Below, one piece after another: positions 61,859 through 64,000 of a stretch of DNA of 64,000 nucleotides. Each line of letters begins with the position of its first letter. Within the stretch, counting starts at the first letter, position 1. A program made the position numbers and the translations under genes. Below the pieces are notes generated by a model. That model did no database searches. It had not been told where the DNA came from and saw only the letters and a program-made list of their open reading frames with translations. Source of the stretch: Podarcis melisellensis (taxonomy: Eukaryota); assembly GCA_964234715.1 (NCBI GenBank), contig OZ174275.1. The stretch is one strand, 5' to 3'.

Positions 61859-62105
61859 TGTTATATACTGAAGTTCTCACCCTGGGCCAGCAGGGGGATA
61901 CTGTAGATAGTTATGCAAATCAGGGATTGAAAGTGACGTTCAGTGATTGGATAGTTTTAGAAAGTTGTTACAGTAACGTTGTACTGGAGCTCTATCTAAG
62001 CAGGCTGACTGAACCCTTCAGTTCAGTTCAGTTCTGTCCTGTGAATAAACAAGAGTTGTTTGAAGAATCGCTGTGTCGTCTGATATGTTCACCCACAACT
62101 TAACA
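61859..62105 (+). mobile_element. Solo LTR (247 bp)
   Basis: Termini TGTTA..TAACA. Perfect 5-bp TSD GGCAG (61854-61858, 62106-62110). AATAAA at 62044-62049. Confidence 0.9.
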
Positions 62106-63157
62106 GGCAGCATACCAACATTTATATTATTCTTTCACACTGGAACATTTCCAACCTATTAAAGTACATCCATTAAAAAAAGGAATGTGTTTTTTTAGTT
62201 GGAGGCAGTTTGCAGTGTAATTCATAGGGGAGATGGTGGGGTGGAGGGAGAAGGCCAGAAGATCTCTGCGATTCTGTGCTACGATTTGATAGAACTGCTG
62301 GCATATGTGTGCAGGCACTTTGGGGATGAACTTAGAAGTAAGTCAGTGTTATTAACATTCCGTTGGAGAAGCCTTTCCCCATTCTTTTAAGAGCAAAACT
62401 GTTAGCTGCTTTTCCCACATGTAACAGCGGTACAGGACGGCAGTTATTCATGCATATCAGCATTTGAGTAGAAAGCTGTTTCCTCTCCCTCTGCACTGCA
62501 GCCCCCCCCCCCCATTACAGAAAACTTAAGTCATGTACCTCCTTATGAAAGGTTCTCACTGTTCATTCAGAGATGGCTTTCAAGATTATTTTCCAAGCAG
62601 CAAAATGTGTTCATGAAGATCTTTCAGCAAGTCTTGGCTTCAGATACAGAGGGCAAAAGTTCTCCTTTGAAAATACTGGAGGCTTCTCGTGTCTGTATGT
62701 TTTGAAAAGGTGGGCTACTAAAGCCACCTCAGATAAAGTAGCAGACACAGAAGAACATAAAAACCAGTCACACTCCCTCTTGGCTTCCATTTGCGCAGGA
62801 GCGTGCCCAAGTGACATATAAATCCTGTGGGATGTACTTTGCCCAGGAATCTATCTTAGTTATGCTGTCAGCTTCATGTCTTCTGCAATGATCAGTTGTG
62901 CTGAGTGGTGGTTTTATTTTTCTTGCTACGGGCTATAAAACTGCAGAAGCGCTTAGGCATCTGCTTCTGATGACTGGTGATCACTAATTTCTGCATCACA
63001 CATGGATCGTTTAAAAATTTGCAGTGTTTCAGTTATTTACAGTACTGTAAGCTTTCTCCTAAAGCCTCAAGCAGGAAAAATAATAATTAAAAACCAAGAA
63101 AAAAACATTCTTAATGCAATTTGAACTCAGCTCTCTCGCAATTAATGGGAGCCTGGG

Positions 63158-63278
63158 CCATTGGTCCATCTAGCTCTGTATTGTCTACACTAGTTGGCAG
63201 CAGCTCTCCAAGGATTCGGACAGAGGTCTTTCTCAGCCCTGTCCAGAGATTCAAGGGACTGAAATGGGGAAGTTTCAT

Positions 63279-63281
<3 letters not shown>
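63158..63281 (-). mobile_element. Squam3-like SINE fragment
   Basis: CCATTGGTCCATCTAGCTCTGTATTGTCTACACTAGTTGGCAGCAGCTCTCC is antisense to the SINE at 49880. Confidence 0.7.

Positions 63282-63323
<42 letters not shown>
63282..63323. repeat. (AC)n microsatellite
   Basis: 21 perfect AC units. Confidence 0.98.
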
Positions 63324-63326
<3 letters not shown>

Positions 63327-64000
63327 CTGTCATGGAGATAAATGTAAATAGTGAAATGTAAATGTCTTGACTTGGTGCTGAAAGTATATTTAAATATTTT
63401 TCTAGAAAAATAGGTTGTTCTAGGAAAGTGTCTTTGGACCTTTATAGTAGTTTTTTCTTCCTAATATTTACACCCTTAAGATACAAGTGGAAAATGGAAA
63501 AGCCACACTGAGTACAGCTGCTCCAGATTTCTATTCATGGTTAGGGTTGACCAGTCTTGTTGCTGTTGTTCTGTAACTTTTTGCCTCTTTACCATTTCCT
63601 TGTCCTTATTTATTTGTCTTGACATAGCCTCCCTCCCAAGTTCCTTCATCAAAATAAATAAATAAATCATTCCCTACACGCCTATGTATGTAGTATTGGA
63701 CTTTTCTGGACACTATTTCAGATTAATTATTAATGATGATTATGAACTGGTTATGACCTACAGAGTTCTAATTAGCACATTCCGTGTGTAAATTGCATCT
63801 TTCCATTAGTCACAATTGCTAAGATTGACTGACAGTACCCTGCTAATAATTTTATCTGCACTCCACCTTGAATAGCAGTGATATACTGAAATGCCTCTCG
63901 TTAACACCTGCGTATTTCCTTTGTGGGTCATAAACTCAAATAAATTGCTACACAAGCCTTTGAAAGAAGCCCATGGAAGTTGTCATTCAATCCCACCCAA

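Noticed and set aside
61591-62103. 170-aa ORF
   Set aside because: Runs from unique DNA through a solo LTR and shows no gag/pol similarity.

Overview
Vertebrate nuclear DNA, almost certainly from a lacertid lizard (Podarcis/Lacerta/Zootoca type). The basis is two near-consensus Sauria (Squam1/POM-type) SINEs plus squamate-style MITEs and SINEs. No protein-coding gene, rRNA, tRNA gene or CRISPR array can be supported. The ORF track shows only short chance ORFs, several of which are antisense translations of repeats. The window reads as a large intron or gene desert: unique, AT-rich blocks that look like conserved non-coding elements, interspersed with transposon relics. These include 2 Sauria SINEs, 5 Tc1/mariner-pogo (Tigger-like) MITEs with TA duplications, several hAT MITEs with 8-bp duplications and a PIF/Harbinger MITE. 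There are also two solo LTRs, a non-autonomous RTE-derived element, CR1/L2/Penelope fragments, older SINEs, microsatellites and a 139-N assembly gap. The most notable observations are an LTR with a tRNA-Leu-type primer-binding site inside its apparent boundaries, a solo LTR carrying a compact promoter cassette, several nested insertions, a local cluster of three young MITE copies, and candidate PBX-HOX/MEIS/TCF enhancer syntax. I found no convincing novel biological system and could not identify the host gene.
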